Shown in pieces: positions 11,786-23,980 of a stretch of 64,000 nucleotides of DNA; position 1 is the first letter of the stretch; the number at the start of each line of letters is the position of its first letter. The DNA comes from Malacoraja senta (lineage: Eukaryota). Below the pieces are notes generated by a model. The model made no database searches. It saw nothing but the letters and a program-made list of their open reading frames with translations, and had not been told where the DNA came from. The stretch spans positions 62,868,001 to 62,932,000 of the forward strand of contig CM075981.1 in the NCBI GenBank assembly GCA_038087875.1, in the 5' to 3' direction. The translations under genes were made by a program, and so were the position numbers.

Positions 11786-12054
11786 GGGGCACAGTGGCGC
11801 TGCCCAGAGATTTGAGTTTGATTATGACTGGTGCTATCTATGTTCACCCTATGACCGCGTTGTTTCCTCCGGGTTTTCCAGTTTCATCCCACATCCCAAA
11901 GACATTAAGGTTTGGTAGGTTAATTGGCCTCTGTGAAATTGCCCCATAGTGTGTAGGGAGTGGATTCAAAAGTGGGATAACACATAACTAGTGTGAACGG
12001 GTGTAGAGTTAGTACGCCACAGGGCCTGTTTCCATGGTGCAAAATTAAATTAAA
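11786..12054 (+). mobile_element. Degenerate V-SINE; contains the left boundary (11895) of the large duplication
   Basis: GGGCACAGTGGCGCTG head, CCCACATCCCAAAGAC...GTAGGTTAATTGGC body and GGGCCTGTTTCCATGG tail. Confidence 0.7.
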
Positions 12055-12310
12055 CCGGACCAATCACCTGCTGATGTACTACGTAATTCCAGTTTACTGG
12101 AGTCGGGTGGACTGTGGCACTGAATGTTGCTTTACATGGAAAATGCTGGTGAGGACTCCAGTCATGCGGCACAAGAACAAGATTTTTATCCTCAGCTTAT
12201 CGATATTCCACTTATTTATTGCATTTCTTGTTACAATAAAAGCCAGACCTTTTCTGATATGAGTATTTTGGAGAGCAGTTGAGTATCAGAGGACAGAAAG
12301 GCTTTGACAG

Positions 12311-12517
12311 ATAGACACAAAAAGCTGGAGTAACTCAGTGGGTCAGGCAGCTTCTCTGGAAAAAAGGAATAGGTGACGTTTTGGGTTGAGACCCTTCAGA
12401 CTGAAGGAGGGTCTCAACCTGAAACTTCACTTATTCCTTTCCTCCAGAGATGCTGAGTTACTCCAGTTGTTTTTGTCTACAGTTTAAATCAGCGTCTGCA
12501 GTTCCTTCCTACCCACA
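12311..12517. mobile_element. Penelope-like foldback repeat
   Basis: Inverted arms around GACCCTTCAGACTGAAGGAGGGTC; degenerate hammerhead-like motif on both strands. Duplicate near 33163-33369. Confidence 0.65.
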
Positions 12518-12741
12518 GCGTCTGACAGTTTACTTTGAGCTTTGTGCCTGACTGTTTCTAGTTCTAACTGAGCATTTCTCATTTTGATTGAATAGAGGCA
12601 GCTCTAACATTACTGAGTTATGTGTTTTGCCCCTCGTCCCTCATTCACCTGCTGCTGATCTAGTGGAGAGGTTAGTGCTCTGTGGCTGAGGGCCTGGTCC
12701 TGCTCCTGCTCTACCACTGTCCCTGGCTTCCTCGAGCAGAG

Positions 12742-12957
12742 GGTGTGTAGGAAGGAACTGCAGATGATGGTTTAAACCGAAGACCGACACAAAGCTGGAG
12801 TAACTCAGGGGGTCGGACAGCATCTTTGGAGAAAAGGAATAGGTGACATTTTGGGTCGAGACCCTTCTTCAGACTCTACCCAAAACATCATCTATTCCTT
12901 TTCTGCAGAGATGCTGTCTGACCTACTGAGTTACTCCAGCTTTTTGTGTCTATCTTT
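12742..12957. mobile_element. Penelope-like foldback repeat
   Basis: Inverted arms; TSD GAGCAGAG (12734-12741 and 12958-12965). Duplicate near 33594-33809. Confidence 0.65.
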
Positions 12958-14760
12958 GAGCAGAGAGAGGTATGGCTGAAGCCAGTCTCACACCTCAATG
13001 ACTGCTTAGAACCTCCTTCAGTGTTTGATGAGGTCATCGTTAAGCACATTGCTGATTGGTGGATGTGCAGAGGAATCACAAGCCTTGGCATTCCCCTTGA
13101 ACTTTAGACTTGATTTGGAAAGGCGACATAAATACTGGAAAGCTTTTGGTAAATCACTGCACTTGAGCAGACTTTGAGCTGGGGACAACGGGGAAAGGTA
13201 ACACCAGCATCTGCCGCATCTAGTGATTGTGAACCGGGTTTATTTGTATTTAGTTTGGTGTTTTGTGCTTCTGGAAATGGCAAAATCGACTACTTTGGAC
13301 CAGCTGGTTGCTATACCGGGTTATTAAAAGTGGCTGTGTACAAATTGTATTTTACCTTTGTGACCTGCCAGCTTTTTTTGGATCTAACAATTGGTCAAGC
13401 TCGGGTGGTTGACAAATCATTGCCATCCCCTCCCCCTTCCCACCTTCACTGAAAGTGAAAATCCTTGGATTCTTTTTATGCCAGGTTTTGAGATGGTGTT
13501 GTGACCAATCCTGAGATTAGTTGTTGATCCTTGTTTATTTTTTCAATCTAAGTAGTGGGTCTGAAAAATGGAGGTTGGGAGGAATTATCCATTGGTTTGA
13601 GACGTGCTGTCAGTGTCACATTTGTTCTGACCAGTGTTTTGGATTGATTTCCTTCAATTTTGTACAATATTTTCAGAAAAAAATGCATCTGCTGCTTCTC
13701 CAATGCCATTAGCTTCAGAGGTGTTGCTCTTGATGACTGTGTTGACGCTGTGACATTCTTGGATAACGGACACACGTGGTTCTCAGTTTCTAATTTCCAC
13801 ATCGGTGTAGTTTGAAATACAGATGAAATTTTGGTTCTCACAATGACTGCCACTTTGAGTGGCTGTGGTCCAGCTGAAATATTTTAGGAGGTTCTCCAGG
13901 ACTTGTTCTTGTACTTTGCCTGCATAAAGCCAGGCATCGTGTATATATTTAAAAACTCCTTCTCAACCTAACCTACTTTCAATCCACCATATGCATCTAT
14001 CCCCTGATATCTCTATTTGGACCCCTTTCTACCACAATACTATGTATAGCATCAACTTTCATGACTATTCCATCGTATTTCAATCTCTTTGGGGCCTTCT
14101 GCTAAGTTTATCACAGTTTACTGTGCCTTTAAGTGCTGTAAGAAGTGGACTTGGGAATTCATTCCTCGTGCCTTCATCTAAATAATTTTGAAAACCAATG
14201 ATCTTAATGCTGTCAACTTTACTGACGCCTCCCTCCAGTCTATAAACGACTTTCACATCCTGTAAATAAGACAAATGCCTAGAGGCTAGATACCTGAGAG
14301 AGACTGATCAGATGTATTTTGGAAGTCCATATGTACCACATCAATTCCATTTTACTTATCGAGCCACTCTGTTCATTTATCAAAAATACTCCAGTTTCAT
14401 TAAACAGAGTCCCTTTCAAAAAATCTATGTTGTATTGTTCTATAAATCGATATTTGCCTGGGGCATTTATTAATTCTGTTTGCGATTATTGCATCTCTAA
14501 CTTTCCTCGTTACCAAAGCCCTTGAATGTTCATTTTCAAGGGAAGAAGATTTAGCGTACTGGGTACCCAGGAATTTACTTTTGATTCTGTCCGTACAGAC
14601 CAGGGTATGTGCACCGTTTTGCTGCTGTGGTAACATTCCATACTGTACGTTCCAAATTTGAAACCAGTTTTGCATGGTGGGAAAGAGAAGTTCTACAATT
14701 TCATTGCATTTGAATTTTGAGGAACTAAATTCCAATCTCCTTGAATGTTGCTATTCAGCT

Positions 14761-14960
14761 TCTTCTTCTTCTTTTGAGTCTATCTTGTTACAAATGTTGA
14801 TCTCGCTGTCGTCGTCCGTCCTGAAAAAGTCGTAAGCTTCCGGTGACTATCAGTGGGAGCCATCATTTGTCGCAATAGATGATGATGGTAGCAGAATTAG
14901 CTCAGGATACTCAGGATACAGTTTCCAGCCCAGCGACGTGGACGCTTCTGCTATGGGGCC
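14761..14960 (-). mobile_element. Young 200-bp non-LTR retroposon insertion with an (AAG)n tail
   Basis: Perfect 11-bp TSD GCTATTCAGCT (14750-14760 and 14961-14971). The minus strand ends AAAAGAAGAAGAAGA. CpG-rich. Confidence 0.75.
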
Positions 14961-15558
14961 GCTATTCAGCTATCTGAGGTTCACTTAGTCTTGTGGCTGG
15001 CTGTATACAAACCTGCAATTGAGAAGCTCATTAGGTATCAGTGTGAAATTTCATAGTCCTTGATGTCCATGAAAATGTTGATTTCATTAAGTTTCATGTG
15101 TCTCTTTAAGCCATGTAATGGCTGCATACTGTACTGAAGTAATGCTCTACCACACCATCAGGAACTCTGGTCAGCTAACCTCACAGAGAAAGCCAAAACC
15201 CCCTCTAGGAGTTGAGGGTAGGTTTGGGTGAGGGTTGATGATGGGGGTATTTACACAAGTTCCTGAAATCTTGAGATATGGCTGGGTTGAGGTCTTGTAG
15301 CTGAAGGTGTTCACGGATGAATCAAGAGGGAATCCCAGAGTGAGTCTGGCTCTTGTTTGATAGCTTCTTTCTCCAACTTCCATTTCCTTGATTAGATGGA
15401 AGCAGTCATGCATTGGATCCAGACGTTTGAATTAGACCAAAAATTGGGCCAAAAATTGAATTGTTTTAAAAACTTCAAATTGAACGGAGGGCAACCTGGA
15501 AGAACTGATTAAGTATTGTTTGTAAACATACAGGTATTTATTCATCTATAAATCTAAG

Positions 15559-16100
15559 AGTTGGGCGCTTGTTACAGCTGTACAAGAACTTTGGTTAGCC
15601 TGAATTTGCATTATTGCCTAAGGGTTCTGATGCTCCATTACAGGAAGGATGTGGAGGCTTTGAAAAAGGTCACCAGAATGCTGCCTGGACCAAGGGCTAC
15701 TGGCTTTAAGGAGAGTGTGGACAAATTTAGATTGTTTTCTCTGGAAAATCAGTGGCTGATAAAAGTGTATAAAATTACAAAAGGAAGGGTCAGGAAAAAT
15801 TGTCGGGCTTTTTCATGATATGGAATTGTCTAATATACTAGAGGGCATCAGTTTGATATGGGGAAAGTTTAAAGATATGTAACACATTTTTGTATTGCAC
15901 GGTGGAAGGTGCCTGAATGTGCAGCCTGGGAAGGTGGTGGTGGAAATAAGATGCGATAACAACATTTAGGAGGCATTTAGATGGACATATGAACAGGCAG
16001 GTAACGGACGGATATAGACCAAGTGCAGGCAGCTGTGCAGTTTAAATTGGTGTTATGGTTAGCACAGACATCGTGGACCGAAGGGCCTTTGCTGTACTAT
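15559..16100 (+). mobile_element. Degenerate CR1 LINE 3' fragment
   Basis: Peptide HYRKDVEALKKVTRMLPG and 3' tail GGACCGAAGGGCCT. Confidence 0.7.
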
Positions 16101-17194
16101 GAGATTAAATGATGTCCAAAGTAATAATGAAGGCACTGAGCCTGCAAAGAGTGAAAGATAGGCTGTGTTGCCAGGTGTGGGGGCAGCACTTGGCCAGGGT
16201 GTCCATGTAATGCTAGGATTGTGATGCCACTGATCTTGTGTGCTGGTACCTTGTGGGGAGGGTCCTCTTTGATTGGTGGGGTGGGAGGTGCCTCTTGTTA
16301 CTCCAGCTGTAGGTGTAAGCCGAGGTGGAAAGATCAGAACCCCAAATCAACACTCACTCAGGACAGCAATGACCCAAGGCTGGGCGGCTTTTGGGAGATG
16401 AGATGGCTTTCAGGCAATTATTTTTGCTTGTTTCACTCGACGGGTTTTGGAAACCTGAGAGTTTGGAGCATCAACACTGTGTTGCACAAGGTGATTCACC
16501 AGCTGGCTCAGCTTAAACATGTAGTGTTGAGTTGTCCTAGCAACGGTTGAATTGACAAGTTGTGTAACTTGCTTCCTGAAGCTCTTTTAAAAAAAAACAC
16601 TAAAAAAATCCCACTGTGAATTCTCACGGCAAGAGGGTGGCTTACCTGTGAGGACAATGGGTGTCATGTTTGGTGGCTCCAGACTGCTAATGTAAACTGT
16701 TGGAACAGTTGGGCCCTGTTTTGAGACTGGGGGCAATGATCAAGCTGTGATTTATTTACTGGGGAACTTGCACCAGTAAGGTCAAAACTAACTTAAATTC
16801 TGGGCTGTTTTGGTTACATGTCAACAGGTGCTTAATGAGTCATTGGCTGATTGTGTGTGTGCAGTGTAGCCGGCAAGAGTGCCTGTGTTCAGGACTACCC
16901 TGTTGAATTGTTTTTGGCTCGGTTTATTAATGTCACATGTTCTGAGATGCAGCAGAAGGCTTAAAAAACAGATGTTTTCTGTTCTGGTGGCTACCTGTGG
17001 CTTGCTATCCCATTACAAGGACAACACTGATTACTGGCTGTAAACACACAGCGCACTGGTTGAACTATTCCTTTGACTCCCTCAGTGTTTCTAAACTTAT
17101 TGTGCACCTATGCTGTAGTATTTGTTGCTTAGGTGATAACTTACACTGTTCTTTCAGTGCTGTGTAGTCTAACATTGACTTGCTCTGTTTTCAG

Positions 17195-17406
17195 ACTAAC
17201 GAAGTGACAGACAGTGCTTACATGGGCTCTGAGAGTACCTACAGTGAGTGTGAGACTTTCACAGATGAGGACACGGGTACCCTGGTTCACCATGGAGCAC
17301 ACGATGAGTTGGAAACTGACAGTGCCATAGACGCCACCATAAACTCCGAGTTCACAGATACACCTGAAGATTCAGAACACACTGTTCCGTTTAATGGGAC
17401 CATGAA
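17195..17406 (+). CDS. RAB11FIP3: RAB11FIP3 exon (human exon 4 equivalent), copy 1: TNEVTDSAYMGSESTYSECETFTDEDTGTLVH...
   Basis: tttcag acceptor and AA|gtaagt donor; 212 nt. The peptide matches the recalled FIP3 motif NEVTDSAYMGSESTYSECETFTDEDT. Confidence 0.93.
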
Positions 17407-18894
17407 GTAAGTACGAGGACTGTTCACTTTTGTTCTGTCATTTCAATGAGTATTGAGGGTCCCTCTCCTATAAATCAGTATCACGCCTGGCCGTTGTGCT
17501 TGTTTGGCACCCTAACCTTGTCATTGACCAACGACATGGTCATTTTCAGAGGCCCCATGGTATGAGATGCTTGTGGAGCCTGCAGCCCCTCCTATGGGTA
17601 TGAATTGGTACTGCAGTATCCGAAGTGCCCTCGCCACATCACCCACGTGTCCCAACATGAAGCCTGTGATTTCCTTCTGGAACTGAAGGGTTTTCAAATT
17701 GGATGCAGTGCATCACAATATATTTGTTTTGCAAGGGCCAACGATTGGAGCAGGCTTCATAAATTGGTGGTGCCAAGTACTCACCATTTTACTTTAGATG
17801 CAAGTCTCCCTTGTATCTATCTCCTGCAGCAAAGGGAACTCTTCCAACAAGCGGGGAACTATGAAACTAGAAAGACTAGCTTTTCCAAACATTTGGTTTG
17901 AATGGAGTTTATTAGAAAAACAGTGTGGTGTAAGTGAGATCTGCACTGCTGTGAGTGCATAGTGAGATGGGAGACCCCCATCTGATGGTCCATGGTGCAA
18001 AGCAATGTTTACACAGTCCAGATCGGGGAAGCCAGACGTGCCAGTGGTTGACTTATTGGGTAAAAGGCTGGTAAGCAGCATCCAGTGCCACAGGGTTCCT
18101 TGGAGTTTAACCGAATCGGATGTTCCACTAGGTCAGTCTATTGATTAAAAAAAGTTAACATTAAAAAATCTAATTTAAATCATGAGTGGGAAGGTTTTTG
18201 TGAGGACGTGTGATTCCAGGCCTTGATTGCAGCCTTGGTTCAAACACAGACAAAAGCACAGGACTCCAGATGTGAGTAGAGTGCCAGACTTTAACATCAA
18301 AGGCAGCCTGAGTGGGGCCTGCAGGATCCCTGGTTTAAAAAAAAAGTTAAATAGCAAGGAGGAGATGCTTCACTGTCTGGAGTCATATTTCCCATAAAGG
18401 ATGAATATGGTTGTTGAAGATAAATCTACTTGGTTCTGGGACATTGTCCATGAGTGTTCTCAACCTTTAGCTCCATACTGTTGAAAGGCTGGCAATAGAG
18501 GGGTTTGCCATTGATTCCACAATATTTAATTCATTTGCAAGCTCCCGTTCAAGATTACATACAGCAAAACCTAAACAACATTTGGACAAGACCCAACATG
18601 AGTGTAAGGCATTGACCATCTGAGCATTACCACCAATCTGTTGGGGGAACCAATGACCAAATTCAAATGGACCAACCATATTCCTCTTCCCTTGGGGATA
18701 AGAATGACTTGCTGGCACTCCACCTCCATGGGTTTGGAGGTAACTGAAGAGTCCTCAATGGGAACTGCAAGCTCTGCCATGTTTGATCGGTTGATGGGCT
18801 GTTTGGGATACTTTGCAAAGCCTCCACTGTCTGCAAATGGCTCCTTGAAGTATCGGTGTAGGCAATCAAGGAATAGCAATGTGTTTTTTAAATG

Positions 18895-19975
18895 GGGAAG
18901 AAGAAGCATGACTGGAGAGCTGTGACCAGTGGTGTTCTGCTGGGATCAGTGCTTGGACATCTGATTATATGCAAGTTACTTAAACAAAAAGGTAGGTGGG
19001 CTGATTAGCAAGTTTGCAGTTAGCACAAAAGTGGTCGACTTGTGGATAGCGAAGAAGGTGTCGAATATACAACAGGATATAAATTAGTTGCAGATATGGG
19101 CTGAAATGGAGGATGGAGTTAAAGGTGGATAATTGAGGGGTTGCACTTTGGGAGGTCAAATGTAAGGGACGGTATAGTTAGTTTAGTTTATTATTGCCAC
19201 GGATACCGAGGCACAGTGAAAAGCTTTTTGTTGCGTGCTATCCAGTCGGCGAAAAGAGTATGTATGTTACAATCAATCTGTTCAGTGTATAGATACAGGA
19301 TAAAGGGCATAGTCAGTGTAAGAAATGCTGCTGTTGAAATAAAGATTTATAAGAGTGGAGCGATTTGTAATGAGAGCAAATCCACTTCTGGGATCAGCAC
19401 GCAAAGTTGCCTGGCTTTGGTGCCATCTTGGATATAGTATAGTTAATGACAGGACCCTTGGGAGCATTTATTATATGGAGATCTTGAGGTTCAAAAGTCC
19501 ATGGTTTCCTGAAAGTGGCAAAGTATATAGAGTGGTAAAGAAAGCATACAGAATGCTTGCTTTCATTAGTTAGGTTATTGAATGTAAAAGCTATCTCATT
19601 GCAGCTTTATAAAACTTTGGTTAGTTTACACTTATGTGTTAGTATTATGTGCAATTCTAGTTACCTCATTCCATGTTGAGGCTTTGGAGAAGATACAGAA
19701 GAGGTTCACCAGGAGGTTCACTGGATTAAAGAATATCAGCTAATAGGAGAGGTTGGCCAAACTTGGATTGTTTTCCCTGGAGTGTCAGATGCTGAGAGGA
19801 GACCTGAGAAGTTATAACATTGAGACACATAGATAGGGTCGTAGACAGTCTTGATTTTTTTTTTCACAGTATAGAAATATTAAATACTTGAAAGTTAGTT
19901 AATGGAGTTGCTTGAGGCAAGTTTTTTTTTCAACCCCAAAGGTAGGTGCCTGGAATTAGCTGCTGTGGGAAGTTG
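18895..19975 (+). mobile_element. Highly degenerate CR1 LINE ORF2 fragment with an internal insertion
   Basis: GTGACCAGTGGTGTT...GGATCAGTGCTTGGAC (VTSGVPQGSVLG-like), AAGTTTGCAG and TGCACTTTGGGAGG motifs. Confidence 0.65.
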
Positions 19976-20984
19976 GTGAGGCAAATATTATCTTGGTGCT
20001 TTTGTTCTGAGTGGCCGTGCTGCAAACATTAAATAGTGGAGATAACGGTTTAAACCCTCCACCCCGATTGTCCTGGAATAGAGTCCACTCCACGGGAACT
20101 TGATGATGGTGAGGTACAATTTCACATTGAGGAATCCATACAAATACTTTGGCTGTAACAGGGAGTTTGAGGTTCCTATTTCCTGTAAAATGCATTTGTA
20201 GAAAGTCCCCTTCTCAGAGTGATTGTGTTCAACAGCTTTGAAGCAACAAAGCCACTGAATTAAGTTGGTGTTATGTTTCCAGGATAAGATCAGTGTGCCT
20301 CTAAACTCTAAAGGTTCGGTCTGAAATGTCCCTATTCATTATGGCAAAGAAGGGACTTGCCTTAATCTTCAGTGAAAGAAAAGCTAATAACTATATCAAG
20401 TCCAGCTCTTGCATTGCTTCCCCTTGCTGCAAGATGTATCAATGTACAATGTGCATGGATGTATTTTTACAAGGTGCAAGCTGTAACTTGCCAGTACCTT
20501 TTAATAAAAACTTGACTAACCAGTAGCTCTAAGTGAGTACGTTGCCTCCAATGGAAGTAAACCTCTGGTAGAAAATAAACAAGCAACTGGTGTTAACTTG
20601 CCGTTAACTGGCTTTCTCAAGTCAGCAGGTATAAGCCAGGGATAAACCAGGCAGTTTTCCAGCACCAGGTGCTGTGCACTGGAGCTGAGCTGTACACAAT
20701 GTAGCTCTGTATAGCGTGGGATAGAGTGGGGGAAGGCTGGACTGCATGCTTGACATGAAACGGCAGGAGACATTTGAAAGGTCAGCGCGGTGTACCTCCG
20801 CTGAGGCAGGACGGCACATCGGGAGTCATACAGGGAGCTGTCGCCAGGGAGCTGCTCAATCGGACTGGTATTTCCTACCATCTTTATCGTTTCTGCAGTT
20901 AATTGGCTTAAGTGAAAGAATTGTTTTATTTGGAGTGAAATAAAACTGAGTGTAATTAGTATTCTTTAAATCAGGGGAGTAATT

Positions 20985-21320
20985 ATAACATAGAACAGTG
21001 CAGCACAGGAACAGGCCCTTCAGCCCACAGTGTCTGTGCTGAACACTATGGCACGATAAACTAATCTCTGCCTGCAAGTGATCCATAACACTCCATTCTC
21101 AGCATATCTATGTGTCTATCTAAAAAGCCTCTTAAACACCATGATTGTATCTGCTGCCACCACCACGACCATCACCCCTGGCAGTGGGTTCCAGGCACCC
21201 ATTGACTTAAAAACAACCTTATCCTGCACAGCTCTTTAAACTCTTTCTTCTCACCCCCCCCCCTCCCCCACCCACCTTAAAGTTATGCCTTCTAGTCTTT
21301 GTCATTTCCACCCTGGGGCG
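20985..21320 (-). mobile_element. CR1 LINE 3' end fragment
   Basis: CATAGAACAGTGCAGCACAGGAACAGGCCCTTCAGCCCAC tail on minus. Confidence 0.65.
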
Positions 21321-22000
21321 GGGGAAGAAAGGTTCTATACTTGTTTGGACAAGGCATGTGAGATCAGAATCACAAGTCCTGGCGAAACCCAGCTGAGCAT
21401 TGTGCAAGTGCTGCTGTATGGTCACTTGATGACATTTCACAATTGAGAGTTGTAGTCGCTTTAGCTGTATGTGGGTGGGTTGGTTCAATGTGCATCATGT
21501 CCCGAGATGATTGTCTTCCGCACCAAGTCAATGTTACCCAGTCCAACAGACTTTGTCTCAACAGTCTCTGCTTCCTCCTCCATCTGAAGTTGGCTGCAAA
21601 TGCTTGTTTTCTCTGGTCATTCCATGCTGACCTCATCATCTGAGGATGTTCATGGAGATTAAGAGTATTCATGGAGCTGCTATCATTATTTAATGATCCG
21701 TCAGAACTGGATGGGGTGGAAGGAACATGCAGACCATTTAATGCACTGAACGAGTAAATTGTGGCCTCCCATTATTTTCACCCAGGAAGAGGCAGGTGTA
21801 GGGGTGATGACCATGCAGTAGTTTCTTCAGGATAAGGAATACCACCTTGAAAGTGGAAGAACAACAATACTTTCGGAAAAGCGTATGGAAAGCTTCAAAT
21901 TTCCCTGAAATCTTGGTTCATGGTATTTCCTGGTGCTAGGAACCTTCAGCATAATGCCTAAGCTCCAGCATTTCTCTCCCCCCCCTCCCCCACCACACAG

Positions 22001-22126
22001 CACCGAGGAGCACTTTGAAGATTACGGTGAAAGCAACGAGAATGACTTTGCCGCAAGCAGTTTCTGTCAGGATGGAAGCATAAGCATCAATGGCCACTTA
22101 AATCGCTCGGCATTGCTTTGTCCCAG
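22001..22126 (+). CDS. RAB11FIP3: RAB11FIP3 exon (human exon 5 equivalent), copy 1: TEEHFEDYGESNENDF...LLCP
   Basis: Pyrimidine tract plus cacag acceptor; AG|gtaagg donor; 126 nt, phase 2-2. EEHFEDYGE motif. Confidence 0.88.
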
Positions 22127-22564
22127 GTAAGGCCCTGCTGGGGAATGTGGCTGCATGCGATTGCTGGGGTGGAGGGGAGACTCTTAACACGTGACCAGAC
22201 CGTGGAGAACTAATCTTGCAGTTGCTGCAACACCTCGTTGTCTCTGAACGGCAAATGTTGGTTGTCAGCTTCAAGCGTGTGGCCTGTGTGAATGACACTT
22301 GTCTTTGGATGTTCCAGTCATAGATGCTGTTTTCTTGCAAAGTGAATGGCTATGTTTCTTTTTCTTGTCAGCGGACTATTTAACATAATGGAACTTTTGG
22401 GCATAGAAGTTGGGTGGATCTATCTTGTGTAATTACCTCAGTAGCATGTTTCTTCTGCAAACCTTTGCCATGTAAAATCTGCGTCCCAATCACTTCTGAA
22501 ATGTGTGTCCTTGAGATCAATAGATTCTCTTTTAATCACCCAACTGCCCCCTCTGATTTTCCAG

Positions 22565-22696
22565 TGATCATTTTACTTCAACTTTACAAAGTATCATTGG
22601 GGAAGAGATGCTGGAGTTTTACTGCACTCAGTGTCATAAACAAATCAATCGCCTGGAAGATCTGTCTGCTCGCATCAGCTGTCTTGAAATGAATAG
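22565..22696 (+). CDS. RAB11FIP3: RAB11FIP3 cassette exon, copy 1: DHFTSTLQSIIGEEMLEFYCTQCHKQINRLEDLSARISCLEMN
   Basis: ttttccag acceptor and AG|gtaact donor; 132 nt, phase 2-2. Matches the recalled FIP3 alternative-exon motif FYCSQCHKQINRLEDLSARL. Not shown in this frame by the ORF track. Confidence 0.85.
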
Positions 22697-23094
22697 GTAA
22701 CTGCATGGTTCTGCCTTGCTTTTGGTTGGGGTTTTCCTGACTTGTGGTGATCCTTTGTGTCGTTTTAGAGGTAGAAACTTTGTAGGTTATGGAACCAAGC
22801 CGAAGGTGCTTGGACTGTGGTTTGCTGCCTGAGCTTGTGGGTGTTGTTGCCATCTGATACCTGTGCTAATAAGAGGTTAATAATTGTGCGAGGAAACGCC
22901 AAGCCAGTGTTGTGTACCGCAGGCCGCAATTAAAAGCAACCTTGTAATGGTTGAGGTGAGGTTCTGTCTCTGGAAGTTCATCACCAGCAATGTTGTCTCC
23001 TTATTGGTCTGGTGTGGCAACTGGTGCCTTGCTACACTACTGTAAAGCGTGAGGAAACCAATCCTGAGCAAATGAGGACACTATTTAGTGAAGA

Positions 23095-23980
23095 GGGGAG
23101 AAGGGAAAGATGTAATAGGAACCTGAGGGACAACTTGTTCAGTGGATGGTGGGTGTATGGAGCAGGCTGCCACGGGGGGGTAGTTGAGGCAGGTACTGTA
23201 ACATTTAAAAGATATTTGGCCTGGTGTAAGGATAGGCAATGTTGAGCGGAATGTGGGATTAGATCAGATGGGGTATATTGTTTGGCATGGGTAAATTGGG
23301 CTGAAGGGCCTGTTTCCATACTGTGACTTTGACTCTAGGTATTTGAGAGTATTATATAGAACATCTGTGCTGAACACACAGCCTATCTGCCTGCACGTGG
23401 TCCTTATCCCTCTTCCCTGCATATCCATGTGCTTATACAAAAAGTCTCTTAACTGCTACTATCACATCTGCCTCAACCATCCCCAGCAGCGCGTTCTAGG
23501 CACCCACCTCCCTCCGATACAAAAAGACTTGCCCCGTACATATTTAAATTTCGGCCCTCCCACCTTAAAACTATGCCCTCTAGTATTTGATTTATCCAAA
23601 AGGTCCAGACTGTCTTCCCTATCTATGCCTCCCTTAACTTTGTATACTTCTATAAAGTCTCCCTACAACCAGAGCAAACAATGCAAGTGTGTCCAACTTC
23701 TTCCCATAGCTAACATGCCCTATTCCAGGCATCATTCTGATAAACCTCCTCTGCACCCTTTCCAAAGCCTCCCTATCCTTCCTGTATTGGGTGCCTGTAT
23801 GCAGCGTTCTGACAGATGTGATGGCGCCGTTTAAGAGACTCTTGGATAGGCGCATGGATATGCAGGGAATGGAGAGAGATATAGATTATTTGCAGGCAGA
23901 TAAGATTTGGTTTTGGCATCGTGTTCAGTCCAGACATTGTGGGGTGAAGGGCCTGTTTCCATTCTGCACTGTTCTATGTA
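23095..23980. mobile_element. Cluster of CR1 3' fragments in alternating orientation
   Basis: Plus ~23095-23335, minus ~23355-23790 (QYRKDREALERVQRRFIRMMPG) and plus ~23805-23980. Confidence 0.65.

Noticed and set aside
12311-12957. CRISPR array, terminators or pre-miRNA from the inverted repeats
   Set aside because: Eukaryotic context with no repeat-spacer periodicity. The hairpins are dispersed TE copies with TSDs.
22623-22637. CxxCH as a c-type haem attachment site
   Set aside because: FIP3 is cytosolic/endosomal and is not exposed to the mitochondrial haem lyase. Metal binding is the more plausible hypothesis.
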